This document shows, piece by piece, positions 39,600 through 52,392 of a DNA stretch of 64,000 nt. Source of the DNA: Eledone cirrhosa (lineage: Eukaryota); the NCBI GenBank assembly GCA_964016885.1, contig OZ024765.1:10664001-10728000 (forward strand), written 5' to 3'. Position numbers and translations under genes: made by a program. The notes under the pieces are model-generated. The model was not told the origin of the DNA, did not search any database, and saw nothing but the letters and a program-made list of their open reading frames with translations. Each line of letters starts with the position of its first letter. Position 1 is the first letter of the stretch.

Positions 39600-41820
39600 A
39601 GTTGTATCGCACAGGAGGTTTCTAGGGTGTTTTAATGATAGATATCCTAGTGTTGTTTTTTACAGCTCACATCTATATAGGTTTAGCTGTCCTCTTATAA
39701 TGTCATATATCATAGGAGGTTTCTAGGGTGTTTTAATGATAGAGGTCCTAGTGTTGTTTTTTACAGCTCACATCTATATAGGTTTAGCTGTCCTCTTATA
39801 ATGTCATATATCATAGGAGGTTTCTAGGGTGTTTTAATGATAGAGGTCCTAGTGTTGTTTTTTACAGCTCACATCTATATAGGTTTAGCTGTCCTCTTAT
39901 AATGTCATATATCATAGGAGGTTTCTAGGGTGTTTTAATGATAGAGGTCCTAGTGTTGTTTTTAACAGCTCACATCTATATAGGTTTAGCTGTCCTCTTA
40001 TAATGTCATATCTCACAGGAGGTTTCTAGGGTGTTTTAATGATAGAGGTCCTAGTGTTGTTTTTTACAGCTCACATCTATATAGGTTTAGCTGTCCTCTT
40101 ATAATGTCATATATCATAGGAGGTTTCTAGGTTGTTTTAATGAGAGAGAGCCCAGGCCTATTATATCGTTACAGCTCATACCTATGTAGGTTTAGCTGGC
40201 CTCTTATCATCATCATCATTTTATGTCCGCTTTTCCCTGCTTACAAGGGTGGGACGGGTCCTATTCAGCACAGCATCTCTCCACCTGTCATGGTCCTTCG
40301 TCATCTCCTCCGTGAGTTTCAGTGATCTGAGGTCTGCTCTCACCACCTCCACCCATGTTTTTCGTGGTCTACCTCTACTGCGTCTTCCTTCTACTGGGAC
40401 TTCCTGGCACTCTTCACCCATCGGTCATCCTCCATGCGCATCACTTGTCCATACCATCTCAGCCTTCTCTGCTGCACACCACAACTTATCCCTCTTATAC
40501 CCAGTTTCTTTCTCAACTTGTCTATGCTTGGTCGTTCACGCACATTGACATTGCACATCCAACGGAGCATGCTTGTCGTATATCATAGGAAGTTTCTACA
40601 TTGTTTTAATGAGAAGGGAGCCCAGGCCTATTATGTCGTTACAGCTCACACCTATGTAGCTTTAGCTGGTCTCCTACACGGTTGTATCTCATAGGAGGTT
40701 TCTAGTGAGTTTTAATGATAGGGGTCCCAGTGTGTTGATACAGCTCACACCTATGTAGCTTTAGCTGGTCTCCTACAAGGTTGTATCTCATAGGCGTTTT
40801 CTAGTGAGTTTTAATGATAGGGGTCCCAGTGTGTTGATACAGCTCACACCTATGTAGCTTTAGCTGGTCTCCTACAAGGTTGTATCTCATAGGCGTTTTC
40901 TAGTGAGTTTTAATGATAGGGGTCCCAGTGTGTTGATACAGCTCACACCTATGTAGCTTTAGCTGGTCTCCTACAAGGTTGTATCTCATAGGAGGTTTCT
41001 AGTGACTTTTAATGATAAGGGTCCCAGTGTGTTGATACAGCTCACACCTATGTAGGTTTAGCTGGTCTCCTACAAGGTTGTATCTCATAGGAGGTTTCTA
41101 GTGACTTTTAATGATAAGGGTCCCAGTGTGTTGATACAGCTCACACCTATGTAGGTTTAGCTGGTCTCCTACACGGTTGTATCTCATAGGAGGTTTCTAG
41201 TGACTTTTAATGATAAGGGTCCCAGTGTGTTGATACAGCTCACACCTATGTAGCTTTAGCTGGTCTCCTACACGGTTGTATCTCATAGGAGGTTTCTAGT
41301 GACTTTTAATGATAAGGGTCCCAGTGTGTTGATACAGCTCACACCTATGTAGCTTTAGCTGGTCTCCTACAAGGTTGTATCTCATAGGAGGTTTCTAGTG
41401 ACTTTTAATGATAAGGGTCCCAGTGTGTTGATACAGCTCACACCTATGTAGGTTTAGCTGGCTTATTACAGGGTTGTGTCTCATAGGTTTCTTTGATGTT
41501 TTAATGACAGGGGCCACATCCATATTGTGTTGTTGTTGATACAGCTTGCCTCTATGTAGGTTTAGCTGGTCTCTACAAGGTTGTGTCTCACAGGTTTCTT
41601 GGGTGTTTCAATGATAGGGGCCACAGCCATATTGTGTTGTTATAGATCACACACGTGTAGGTTTAGCTGGCTAACTACAAGGCTATATATACCTCATAGG
41701 GGGTTTCTAGGGTGTTTTAACAATAGAAGTCCCAGTGTTGTTGTTACAGTTCACATCTATGTAGGTTTAGCTGTTCTCCTACAAGGTAATATCTCATAGA
41801 GAGATTTCTTTGATGTTTTA
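39600..41820. repeat. Satellite array of about 100-bp units, split by an RTE fragment (about 101-bp units left, 99-bp units right)
   Basis: tacagctcac at 39661 and 39762; gttgtatctca at 40681 and 40780. Confidence 0.88.
40206..40575 (-). mobile_element. RTE family B 3' fragment inside the satellite
   Basis: Minus ORF ECQEVPVEGRRSRGRPRKTWVEVVRADL; (ATC)n tail at 40206. Confidence 0.85.
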
Positions 41821-42226
41821 ATCATAGAAGTACAGCTGGATTTGATTGGGTTTGTATAAAATATGTGAAGGAGATTTGTCCCACGGTGTGCCACGTTGTA
41901 GAAAATTTAACTCCTAAACTTCATAACTGTGAAGAAAACTTGTTACCCACTGGGTCAGGTATGAGTGTTAAGCCCAGTTACGAGTGACTGACTTTGAAAA
42001 GTATATGAAGATATTTAAATAAAATTAGTTCTGGGGGAAATCGGATTATGATAGATTTGAGCCTTTTGGTATTGAGAATGGACAATTGGTCTGGTTTGAT
42101 GTGTGTATATTTAATTTTGGTTTAGTGTTTCAGCTGGGATGCATGTAAGATACAGGTAGAACACCTGGTCTTGAAACAGTTTGGGGTTAAGTAATGGCAG
42201 TTAAGATTTATTAACCATACATACAT

Positions 42227-42257
<31 letters not shown>

Positions 42258-42272
42258 GTTTTTATATAGATG

Positions 42273-42323
42273 AGATTCTACAGGACTAGAACTGTTTCAT
42301 TCTTTAGAAATCATCAGGAATCT
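42273..42323 (-). ncRNA. Type-I hammerhead ribozyme fold (family A)
   Basis: Exact reverse complement of 42406-42456. Confidence 0.72.
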
Positions 42324-42405
42324 GGGTATCAAAAAATAAATATGGTATTTATAGGTCTCTACAAGTGTAGAGACCTATAAATACCATATTTATTTTTTGA
42401 TACCC

Positions 42406-42456
42406 AGATTCCTGATGATTTCTAAAGAATGAAACAGTTCTAGTCCTGTAGAATCT
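42406..42456 (+). ncRNA. Type-I hammerhead ribozyme fold (family A)
   Basis: AGAUUC CUGAUGA UUUC-UAAA-GAAU GAAA CAG-UUCUAGUC-CUG UA^GAAUCU: 6-bp stem I, GUA triplet, predicted cleavage after 42450. Confidence 0.75.
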
Positions 42457-42560
42457 CATCTATATTAAAACTTTTATACTCTGCAATGTATTGAGTACCT
42501 TACTTACTGTGGTTACCTCCGATTCAACCCGGAATAACGTACTATATAGTTTTTATATAG

Positions 42561-42617
42561 ATGAGATTCTACAGGACTAGAACTGTTTCATTCTTTAGAA
42601 ATCATCAGGAATCTCAT
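42561..42617 (-). ncRNA. Type-I hammerhead ribozyme fold (family A), 9-bp stem I
   Basis: Minus strand AUGAGAUUC CUGAUGA...GAAACAG...CUGUA^GAAUCUCAU. Confidence 0.75.
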
Positions 42618-42807
42618 GATATATATATATATATATATATATTAGGACAGAGGGAGACAGTACATATATATATATAGAGACAGACAGACAGATACTCACA
42701 TATATACATATATAGAAGCACAGATATATATAAATATATATACACAAACACACACATATATACAAGCACGGAGAGATACACACACACATATATACAAGCA
42801 CAGAGAG

Positions 42808-42848
<41 letters not shown>

Positions 42849-42931
42849 CAGACATAGATATGCACACACAAATACATTTTCATCGATACAAATGCACACA
42901 CACACACACACATATATATATGTATGTATAT

Positions 42932-43010
<79 letters not shown>

Positions 43011-43342
43011 GATACATAGATACATATAAACACATACACACTGACACACATACATGCACACACGGATGCCCATGTGTTTTTATGTGTGTGTGTTTGCTTT
43101 TGTATGTGTGTATATGTTGGTGAGTGTATGTATTTGTTCATGTATTTTCAGGTATATTTGTTTGTACATGTTTGTATTTATTTATGTATGTATGTGTTTG
43201 TATGTACCTGTTTATGTTAGTGTATGTTTATGTAAGTGTCTATGTATGTAAGTGTATGTATGTGTCTCTGAATATATGTATGTATGTATGTATGTATGTA
43301 CATGTCCATGTATATATGTGTCTATATATATTATACCCCTGT

Positions 43343-43610
43343 AAATCTTTAGCATTCAAACCGGCCATATCCGGCCAGACTTCTCTCACCTCTTTCTGTT
43401 CAAACCGGCCATAACCAGCTAGACTCTCTCACCTCTTTCTGTTCAAACCGGCCATAACTAGCTAGGATTCTCTCGTTTATTTCTGTCAAACCGGCTGTAA
43501 CTGGCCACTCGTACTGATGTTAAGGTAATGTTCTCAAAATAAATAACATTAAAATCTTGTAGATTTGATATTATGTGAGATAATTATGTAAGATAAAGCT
43601 TTTAACACAA
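43343..43610. mobile_element. TTAA-type MITE remnant
   Basis: ctttagcattcaaaccggccatatccggcc matches the element ends at 60639 and 48423. Confidence 0.6.
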
Positions 43611-43620
43611 AAATACAATA

Positions 43621-43953
43621 ATCATCATCATCATCATCATCATCATTTTACGTCCGCTTTTCCCTGCTTGCAAGGGTGGGACGGGAACTGATTCTGGCTT
43701 GATTTCTACAGCTGGATGCCCTTCCTAACACCAACCTCATTTACAGTTAGTGCTGGGTGCTTTTTTGCTGTGGCACCTCCACGACCACTTTGCAGTGGAA
43801 TGATAGGGACCCCAGTCCCTTTCATCTCATTTCTACAGCTGAGTAAACTGGAGCAATGTGAAATAAAGTGTCTTGCTCAAGGAAACAACACGTTACCCGG
43901 TCTGAGAATTGAACTCACAACCTTTCGCTTGCAAGGCCAATGCTCTAACCACT
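43621..43953 (-). mobile_element. SINE family 1 copy, head slightly truncated
   Basis: Reverse complement of about 10243-10560. Confidence 0.85.
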
Positions 43954-44005
43954 TCAACAGCTTGGTAATCAAAGTGTGTATATATATATTGGGAGGGAGG
44001 GGGTA

Positions 44006-44085
<80 letters not shown>

Positions 44086-45547
44086 TTTGATTACCAAGCT
44101 GTTGAAGTGTGTATACATTTTGTTGGGACAGCCTGTATGTTTCTGTGTGGGTGGCTGTGTATATATTTGTAAAGTGGTCATGTAAGTGTCATGACAAAAA
44201 AGCACCCAGCCAACACTGTAAAGTGGTTGTGTTTAAGTCAACACTGTAAAATGGTTGTGTTGGTGCTACAATAAAAGGTACCCTGTCCACACTGTAAAGT
44301 GGTTGTGTTGGTGCCACAGTAAAAGGCAACCTGTCCACACCGTAAATGTAGTTGGCTTTAGGAAGGGCATCTCACCATAGAAACCAAGCAAGAAACAGTT
44401 CTATTTGAGCAAGACATGGTCATCTGATCTGACTTGTCTCACAACGGGACAACTCGTCAAACCCATGCTAGTGTGGAAAAATGGACATTAAATAGTGATG
44501 ACGATGATGATATGTACATGATGTCTGCCCCTCGTTATCCAGCATAACCATTGCATGATATAACACTATTAATAATTATCAATTAATGCTATCGTGCAAT
44601 GTCTAGGCGTGAAGATTTTTTTTAAAGTGAGGAAAGACTGAGCCAAACCCACTCTCTGAGCGACAGTAGCTACATCGTCGGTAACTACCAAGCCACAGGT
44701 TTTATGTTGGAGTTATCCCAGTTTCCTGAGTTGCCTTCTAGAAGAATGCCCTAACAAAGGCTAGGGGTCCTACATACATATATATATACATGATAGAGAG
44801 ATAGATATGTAGATAGATAGGTAGATAGATAGATAGATAAAGATTTCCACAGATAAGCAATACAGTAGGATTTATTTCTAGCATTTACATATGTCCTTGA
44901 TAAAGGTTACTCTAACTCTGAACTAGAGAAACCGAAAATGATATCTTGTATACCTATATATTGAGAAAAAAAACGAAGTTTCGTTTACATGTATTTAGTT
45001 TTTTTTTTTTATTGTGTATCGACCTGATACGAGCATTTCGCAGGGGATTGGCTCAGGGTCACCTATAGAAGTTATGGACTTGACTCCATTATTAATCAGC
45101 TCTTCAAGCTGGCGATGGATTTAAAATTCATCTGTTGTCTTCAGTAATTAATTAGTACAAATTAATTAACATGTAATATCTTGATTTGGCAGTCATAACA
45201 AATTGTGGATTATTATTTTTTAACTTCACCTTTCATCCTTACGGGGTCGATAAAATAAAGTACCAGTAATGTACTGGGTAATTGCTGGCCTTGTGCCTAA
45301 AGTAGAAACAATTATTTTTTTTATTGTATCTATAATAGTTGATTGTATTTACAGCCATAACGCTGTTTGGTGATGCAAAAACATAAGTCTAGCTGTAAAC
45401 ACATCTGGAAGACTAACACATCTTGTCTGATGATCCTGTGAGTATATAGGTGCAACTCCAGAGGAATGAGACACATTACTTAGCTATAATAAGATATTAT
45501 TAAACTCTACTTTAGTATTGAGTACTTATTTTTGCATCAATCAACTG

Positions 45548-46322
45548 TTTACACTGTGAAGTGGTCTTGTTGGGGAGGGGGGGGTTATGACAAAAAGCCC
45601 CCACTTCACACTGTAAAGTGGTCTTGTTGGGGGGGTTTATGACAAAAAGCGCTCAGTTCACACTGTAAAGTGGTCTTGTTGGGGGTCATGACAAAAAGCC
45701 CAGTTCACCCTGTAAAGTGGTCTTGTTGGGGGTCATGACAAAAAGCCCAGTTCACCTCGTAAAGTGGTCTTGTTGGGGGTCATGACAAAAAGCCCCCAGT
45801 TCACCCTGTAAAGTGGTCTTGTTGGGGGTCATGACAAAAAGCCCAGTTCACCCTGTAAAGTGGTCTTGTTGGGGGTCATGACAAAAAGCCCCCAGTTCAC
45901 ACTGTAAAGTGGTCTTGTTGGGGGTCATGACAAAAAGCCCCCAGTTCATACTGTAAAGTGGTCTTGTTGGGGGTCATGACAAAAAGCTCAGTTCACACTG
46001 TAAAGTGGTCTTGTTGGGGGTCATGACAAAAAGCCCCCAGTTCACACTGTAAAGTGGTCTTGTTGGGGGTCATGACAAAAAGCTCAGTTCACCCTGTAAA
46101 GTGGTCTTGTTGGGGGTCATGACAAAAAGTCCAGTTCACCCTGTAAAGTGGTCTTGTTGGGGGTCATGACAAAAAGCCCCCAGTCCACACTGTAAATGTG
46201 GTTGGTGTTAAGAAGGGCATTTAGCTGTAGAAACCAAGTTCTGTGTGAGCAAGACACGGTCTTCTAGGGACAACTCATCTAACCCGTGCTAGCAGGGAAA
46301 TGAACATTAAATGGTGATGATG
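45548..46322 (+). repeat. Minisatellite of about 44-46-bp units running into an RTE 3' end
   Basis: Unit cactgtaaagtggtcttgttgggggtcatgacaaaaagcccccagttca continues into gtggttggtgttaagaagggcat...gatgatga. Confidence 0.88.
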
Positions 46323-46467
46323 ACATATGCGTACAGATATATAACAGCAATATTTATACTACTCTATACACTAACACACACATACACATAACTAGACTTA
46401 GATACATGCATGCACACACTCACACACAACCTTTGCTAGTAGGGAAAATGGACGTTAAATGTTGATG

Positions 46468-46500
<33 letters not shown>

Positions 46501-46615
46501 TTACTCACATATACACTTACTCACATATGCACATATACACACACACACACATATATACTTACATATGCTCATATATATATATACACACCCATGCACATAT
46601 ATACTTACTCACATA

Positions 46616-46684
<69 letters not shown>

Positions 46685-46924
46685 CCACCCACACATAAAT
46701 ATATGTATATGTGTGTGTATATATATATATATACACACACACAGACCCACGCACATATATACACATCCACATGCATCCACACACACACATACATATATAT
46801 ATATATTTAATGTTTGTTCGCCTTTCTTTGCTGGCATGAGTGTGTGTCTGTGTGTGTATATATACACACACACAGACAGACACATATATATTCAGTGCTT
46901 AATGTCTGCCTTTCCTTGGTGGCA

Positions 46925-46994
<70 letters not shown>

Positions 46995-47069
46995 ATACAC
47001 ACATGTATAAATATACGTATATGATACACACACACACATACATAGATGCATACACACTCACACAAACAT

Positions 47070-47102
<33 letters not shown>

Positions 47103-47653
47103 CACAGTGCCAGGGTCACATTCCTGAGGTACCTAAACTATTAAGTCTAAGAAATAAACAGCTGATGGAATTAAAGCATTTGGTGGTGATGGAGCATGTG
47201 GTGGGAGTGGGGGGAATCAGATCCCCCACCCCATCTTCACCCCTACCCATATCTTCTTCAGCCACATCCTGCCCCCCCCCCCCTTTTTTTTATTTATTTA
47301 TTTACATTTTTCTTTTACATTTTTTTCTTTTTATCTTCACATCTCAGATGATTTATGGTGATGTTAACTCATTAAAATGGGTAAATTAACCCCCTTGTCT
47401 GCTCCCCACCTCTGAAAATAATTAAATGGCCACTGGCATGATTGGGTAGTTAAAGAGTTCGCCTTGCAACCACACTGTTCTGGCTTCTGTCCCTGTGTGT
47501 GTGGCACCTCGGGTTCAATGTTTTCTTTTATAGACCAATACCTTGTGTGTGGAATTTTGTAAATGGAAGCTGAACTCTCAGGTCTCGAATAATCGTTCCC
47601 ACCCCTCGCTTATTGATTTTTCAGATTTTTCTTCTAGACCTACCACTTATTAA

Positions 47654-48423
47654 CTCTTTACCATTTACATTACTCTATATATACTATTGTATTTTCACAG
47701 TAAAGGCTTTACCTCACATAATATCTCACATACCATTTACATTACTCTATATATACTATTGTATTTTCACAGTAAAGGCCTTACCTCACATAATATCTCA
47801 CATAACATTTACATTACTCTATATATACTATTGTATTTTCACAGTAAAGGCCTTACCTCACATAATATCTCGCATAACATTTACATTACTCTATATATAC
47901 TATTGTATTTTCACAGTAAAGGCTTTACCTTACATAATATCTCGCATAACATTTACATTACTCTATATATACTATTGTATTTTCACAGTAAAGGCCTTAC
48001 CTCACATAATATCTCACATAACATTTACATTACTCTATATATACTATTGTATTTTCACAGTAAAGGCCTTACCTCACATAATATCTCACATAACATTTAC
48101 ATTACTCTATATATACTATTGTATTTTCACAGTAAAGGCTTTACCTCACATAATATCTCACATAACATTTACATTACTCTATATATACTATTGTATTTTC
48201 ACAGTAAAGGCTTTACCTTACATAATATCTCGCATAACATTTACATTACTCTATATATACTATTGTATTTTCACAGTAAAGGCTTTACCTCACATAATAT
48301 CTCACATAACATTTACATTACTCTATATATACTATTGTATTTTCACAGTAAACACTTTATCTCACTGGACAGAAAGAAGTGAGAGAATTTTCGTTGGATA
48401 TGACCGATTTAAATACTAAAGGG
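47654..48423. mobile_element. TTAA-flanked (piggyBac-like) MITE with an internal 72-bp tandem array
   Basis: TTAA at 47650-47653 and 48424-48427; imperfect TIRs CTCTTTACCATTTA / TAAATACTAAAGGG; 24-codon periodicity in the ORF. Confidence 0.7.
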
Positions 48424-48730
48424 TTAAATTTTGCTAATCTATCTCTGACAAAATTTTATTTTAAGTTGTAGCATTCCTGTGATAATTTTCTTTAGACATT
48501 AAAAAAAACATTATACATGACAAAAAAGGAACCTAACTAGAAATCCCATACGTTATAAAATAAATAGGATGGGTTGGGGGTTTCAATATGTAAAATAAAC
48601 GACTAATTCTGGTCTTTAAAAAAATCAACGAAGACAACCAAGAAAAATTACCCCCCCCCCTACATACACACTCAGGCTCACACATGCATATGTATGCGCG
48701 TGTGTGTATGTGTATATATATATATATATA

Positions 48731-49075
48731 TAAAACTTTAACTTTGATAGGTTTCAGCCAGTATTGGCCCAGGCCATGTCTAACTTACTAGCACCACCTG
48801 GTGAAGTCTTTCAATCCAGGATTTGGACACCATGGCCCACTCAAGTAGAGAGTTATTGTTTATGGAGACATTTCTGGCTGTAGGAGGTTTATCCAGGATT
48901 TCTTGAAGGAATTTGTCCATAGACTTTTTGAACTTACTGTGTTATGGTGTAATGTTAAAGAGAGCAGGGCCAATTGAGGTGAAATAATTGTGCTGTATTG
49001 TTATGAGATGTGAGTGTGATTTTTTTTTGTTTTGGGCGGATAGCACGGGGCCCAAGCCTTAGGTGTACTTTAAAG
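48731..49075 (-). mobile_element. CR1/L2-superfamily-like LINE 3' remnant
   Basis: Minus strand ITIQHNYFTSIGPALFNITP*...FKKSMDKFLQEILDKP...NNNSLLEW resembles the recalled GPxLFN...FKxxLDKFL...SNSL C-terminus. Confidence 0.6.
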
Positions 49076-49190
49076 GTGTATATATAAATACACACAAACA
49101 CACACAAATGCATATATACCCTGTATCGAGTACTTCTCTGATGTGTGGTCTGCCCAGTACTGCAGACTATCAATACATACATACATACAT

Positions 49191-49566
49191 ATCATCATCA
49201 TCATCATCACCGTTTTACGTCCGTTCTTCCACGCTAGCATGGGTTAGACGGGTTGTCCTGTTGTGGGCAGTGTCTGGTCGGCTGACCATGCCTTGCTCAT
49301 ACAGGAACTGATTTGGCTTGATTTCTACAGCTGGATGCCCTTCCTAACACCAACCTCATTTACAGTGAGTGCTGGGTGCTTTTTCGTGGCGCCTACACGT
49401 CCACTTTACAGTGTGGGCTGGGTGCTTTTTTGCTGTGGCACCTCCACGACCACCTTGCAGTGGGAGGGTGTGGGGGGCATATTGTCTATATGCTTCAGCT
49501 TGTACCCATGGGAGGTCGGGTACTCTGTATTACTGCGTGACGCCAGAGGTCACGGTCGTGTGTCAT
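49191..49566 (-). mobile_element. RTE family A 3' end
   Basis: Near-identical reverse complement of 55054-55430. Confidence 0.9.
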
Positions 49567-50458
49567 ATTCTAGATAGAAAGTGTTCATCTATATATTCCA
49601 GATAGAAAGTGTTCATCTATATATTTTAGATAGAAAGTGTTTATCTATATATTTTAGATAGAAAGTGTTTATCTATATATTCTAGATAGAAAGTGTTCAT
49701 CTATATATTCTAGATAGAAAGTGTTCATCTTTATATTTTAGATAGAAAGTGTTCATCTTTATATTTTAGATAGAAAGTGTTCATCTATATATTCTAGATA
49801 GAAAGTGACCATCTATATATACTAGATAGAAAGTGACCATCTATATATACTAGATAGAAAGTGACTATCTATATATTCTAGATAGAAAGTGTTCATCTAT
49901 ATATTCTAGATAGAAAGTGTTCATCTATATATTCTAGATAGAAAGTGTTCATCTATATATTCTAGATAGAAAGTGTTCATCTATATATTCTAGATAGAAA
50001 GTGTTCATCTATATATTCTAGATAGAAAGTGTTCATCTATATATTCTAGATAGAAAGTGTTCATCTATATATTCTAGATAGAAAGTGTTCATCTATATAT
50101 TCTAGATAGAAAGTGTTCATCTATATATTCTAGATAGAAAGTGACCATCTATATATTCTAGATAGAAAGTGACCATCTATATATTCTAGATAGAAAGTGA
50201 CCATCTATATATATACTAGATAGAAAGTGTTCATCTATATATTCTAGATAGAAAGTGACTATCTATATATTCTAGATAGAAAGTGTTCATCTATATATTC
50301 TAGATAGAAAGTGTTCATCTATATATTCTAGATAGAAAGTGTTCATCTATATATTCTAGATAGAAAGTGACTATCTATATATTCTAGATAGAAAGTGTTC
50401 ATCTATATATTCTAGAGAGAAAGTGTTCATCTATATATTCTAGATAGAAAGTGACTAT
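49567..50458. repeat. 28-bp minisatellite (tattctagatagaaagtgttcatctata)n
   Basis: Visible directly; about 32 copies. Confidence 0.95.
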
Positions 50459-50816
50459 ATATATATATATATATCGTTATACTTGGGGAGGGTCATATTG
50501 TTGTAATAATATTGCCAGAAATAATAACAGAACACACTCACTGTTTGGTTGGTTTTCGCTTCTGTATCTTTTATATTTCCACAGTTAATTCATTCGGTCC
50601 TAAATGTTTATCATTGACTGACCAACGGTAAAAAATACAGATATAATATAGATATAGACACATATATATAGTCTAACAAATTTCTTTCGCTGCACATCTG
50701 CAACATCCTCAGTGGTACTATTATGTTCCTCGTTCCTCTCTCCTGTTGTATTATATTGTAATGTCTACGTCATTTTTATTTTATATAAATACATACAGAC
50801 ATATAAACCCTTATAT

Positions 50817-50938
<122 letters not shown>

Positions 50939-51333
50939 ATATATATATGTATATACATATATATATATATCTATCAGATTTATATGAGCCTATTAACATC
51001 TGCTGTTCAGTGACAGTGTATGGTGGTGGTGAGGAGGAATCATGTTTATATATGTGTGTGTGTATATATACATGTTTACATGTTTATATGTGACTGTTTA
51101 TATTTACATTTGTGTATATACAGGTATAATGTCTGTGTATACATGTATGTTTATATATGTGTGTACACACATGTGTGTATATATATATATATGTATATAT
51201 ATGTTGGTGTACCAAGACATAATTTGAAGAGTTCTTGGAAGGAAAAATTTAAAGATTTTTCCATATATGGCAGTGGAATGGTGGTGTATGTTGGGGGGGG
51301 GGGGAGAGAGAGTAAAACATCATCACCACCATC

Positions 51334-51380
<47 letters not shown>

Positions 51381-51403
51381 CTATCTATATATATATATAT
51401 ATA

Positions 51404-51740
51404 TGGAGGCACATGGCTTACTGGTTAGAGCAATGGCCTTGCAATCGAAAGGTTGTGAGTTCAATTCTCAGACCGGGTGATGTGTTGTTTCCTTGAGCAA
51501 GACACTTTATTTCACATTGCTCCAGTTTACTCAGCTGTAGAAATGAGATGATAGGGACTGGGGTCCCTATCATTCCACTGCAAAGTGGTCGTGGAGGTGC
51601 CACGGCAAAAAAGCACCCAGCCCACACTGTAAATGAGGTTGGTGTTAGGAAGGGCATCCAGCTGTAGAAATCAACCCAGAATCAGTTCCTGTCCCACCCT
51701 TGCAAGCAGGGAAAAGTGGACATAAAATGAAATGAAAAAA
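51404..51740 (+). mobile_element. SINE family 1, full length
   Basis: Near-identical to 10227-10565. Confidence 0.88.
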
Positions 51741-51844
51741 TGAATTGAAAAATATATATATAAGGCGGTGCCCCAGCATGGCCTCAGCCGGATGGCTGAA
51801 ACAGGTAAAGGAGTAAAAGAGTATATATACCTACATATATGTAC

Positions 51845-52085
51845 ATGGAGGCACGTGGCCGAGTTGTAAGGGTGTTGGACTTAAGATCATAATGTTGTGG
51901 GCTCGATTCCTGGGTTGTGTGTTGTGTTCTTGAGCAAAACACTTCATTTCACGTTGCTCCAGTATACTCAGCTGAAAATGAGTACCAGTCCAGGGGGGAG
52001 TCTTGTACTCTGAGTCGCTTCATGCCATGAAACCGGGACAAGCACCGGCCAAATGAGCCATCTGGCTTAAGACAGACTTTAGACT
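51845..52085 (+). mobile_element. Related tRNA-derived SINE with a different 3' tail
   Basis: tggaggcacgtggccgagttg head and gtgttcttgagcaaaacacttcatttcac core, then unrelated sequence. Confidence 0.6.
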
Positions 52086-52288
52086 TTTTTTAGTTAGACA
52101 TATATGTACACACACATGTTATCTATACATATATGTGTGTGTGTATGTACATATATGTATGTCTATGTATGTGTGTATATATATATATATGTGTGTGTGT
52201 GTGTATGTACATATATATATCTATCTATCTATCTATAAAGAAACATCTAACTATCTATCTATATATATGTATATATATATATATATGT

Positions 52289-52321
<33 letters not shown>

Positions 52322-52392
52322 TATATATTTATATATATATATGTATATATTTATATATATATATGTATATATTTATATATATATCAATATAT

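Noticed and set aside
45355-45443. Exon-like segment tttacag|...cct|gtgagt
   Set aside because: Stops in all three frames from the acceptor; the internal ATG frame ends in phase 2, which does not fit the phase-1 PICALM exon; no homology seen.
52135-52392. N-terminal 86 codons of the 958-aa ORF
   Set aside because: (TA)/(TG) microsatellite that happens to be in frame; not part of the LINE protein.
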